A program made the position numbers and the translations under genes. Below are positions 14,959 through 14,960 of a stretch of 14,960 nt of DNA, in pieces. The stretch's first letter is position 1; each line of letters begins with the position of its first letter. The notes below the pieces were generated by a model, which worked only from the letters and a program-made list of their open reading frames with translations, was not told the DNA's origin and ran no database searches. Source of the DNA: an uncultured archaeon (GTDB taxonomy: Archaea > Asgardarchaeota > Thorarchaeia > Thorarchaeales > Thorarchaeaceae). Location of the stretch: positions 1 to 14,960 of the forward strand of contig CAYHAA010000029.1 in NCBI GenBank assembly GCA_964354495.1, given 5' to 3'.

Positions 14959-14960
14959 TA

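Overview
Archaeal DNA, most likely Asgard/Thorarchaeota-like. This is inferred from the archaeal radical SAM family, TATA-like boxes, GGAG(G)TGA-type SD sites and frequent TTG/GTG starts; no search was run. The left part (1-2.7 kb, about 50% GC in sampled lines) holds a YyaL/SPATA20-like gene and a membrane-anchored papain-fold (C39-like) protease. The most striking unexplained feature is a 'ghost' 5' end of a radical SAM gene at 2883-~3040 that the ORF track misses. It still has a promoter-like box and SD, and its first 22 codons match the intact AF0577/TIGR04084-like rSAM gene at 4211 in 20/22 amino acids but only 46/66 nucleotides. The two copies are separated by about 1.2 kb carrying an orphan fragment, a 29-bp tandem duplication, a zinc-ribbon membrane protein and an RHH regulator. 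This looks like gene disruption plus replacement by a foreign homologue. From 5.3 kb on, the DNA is AT-richer and mosaic: gene fragments, a second RHH gene, an ABC-2 exporter operon, and then a same-strand run of unrelated hypothetical genes (9.5-14.8 kb). That run includes a coupled two-gene unit of unknown function flanked by 15/17-bp direct repeats, a solo HEPN (RNxxxH) protein and small membrane proteins, several followed by imperfect 40-60 nt hairpins. No rRNA, tRNA, CRISPR array, integrase or transposase was recognised.
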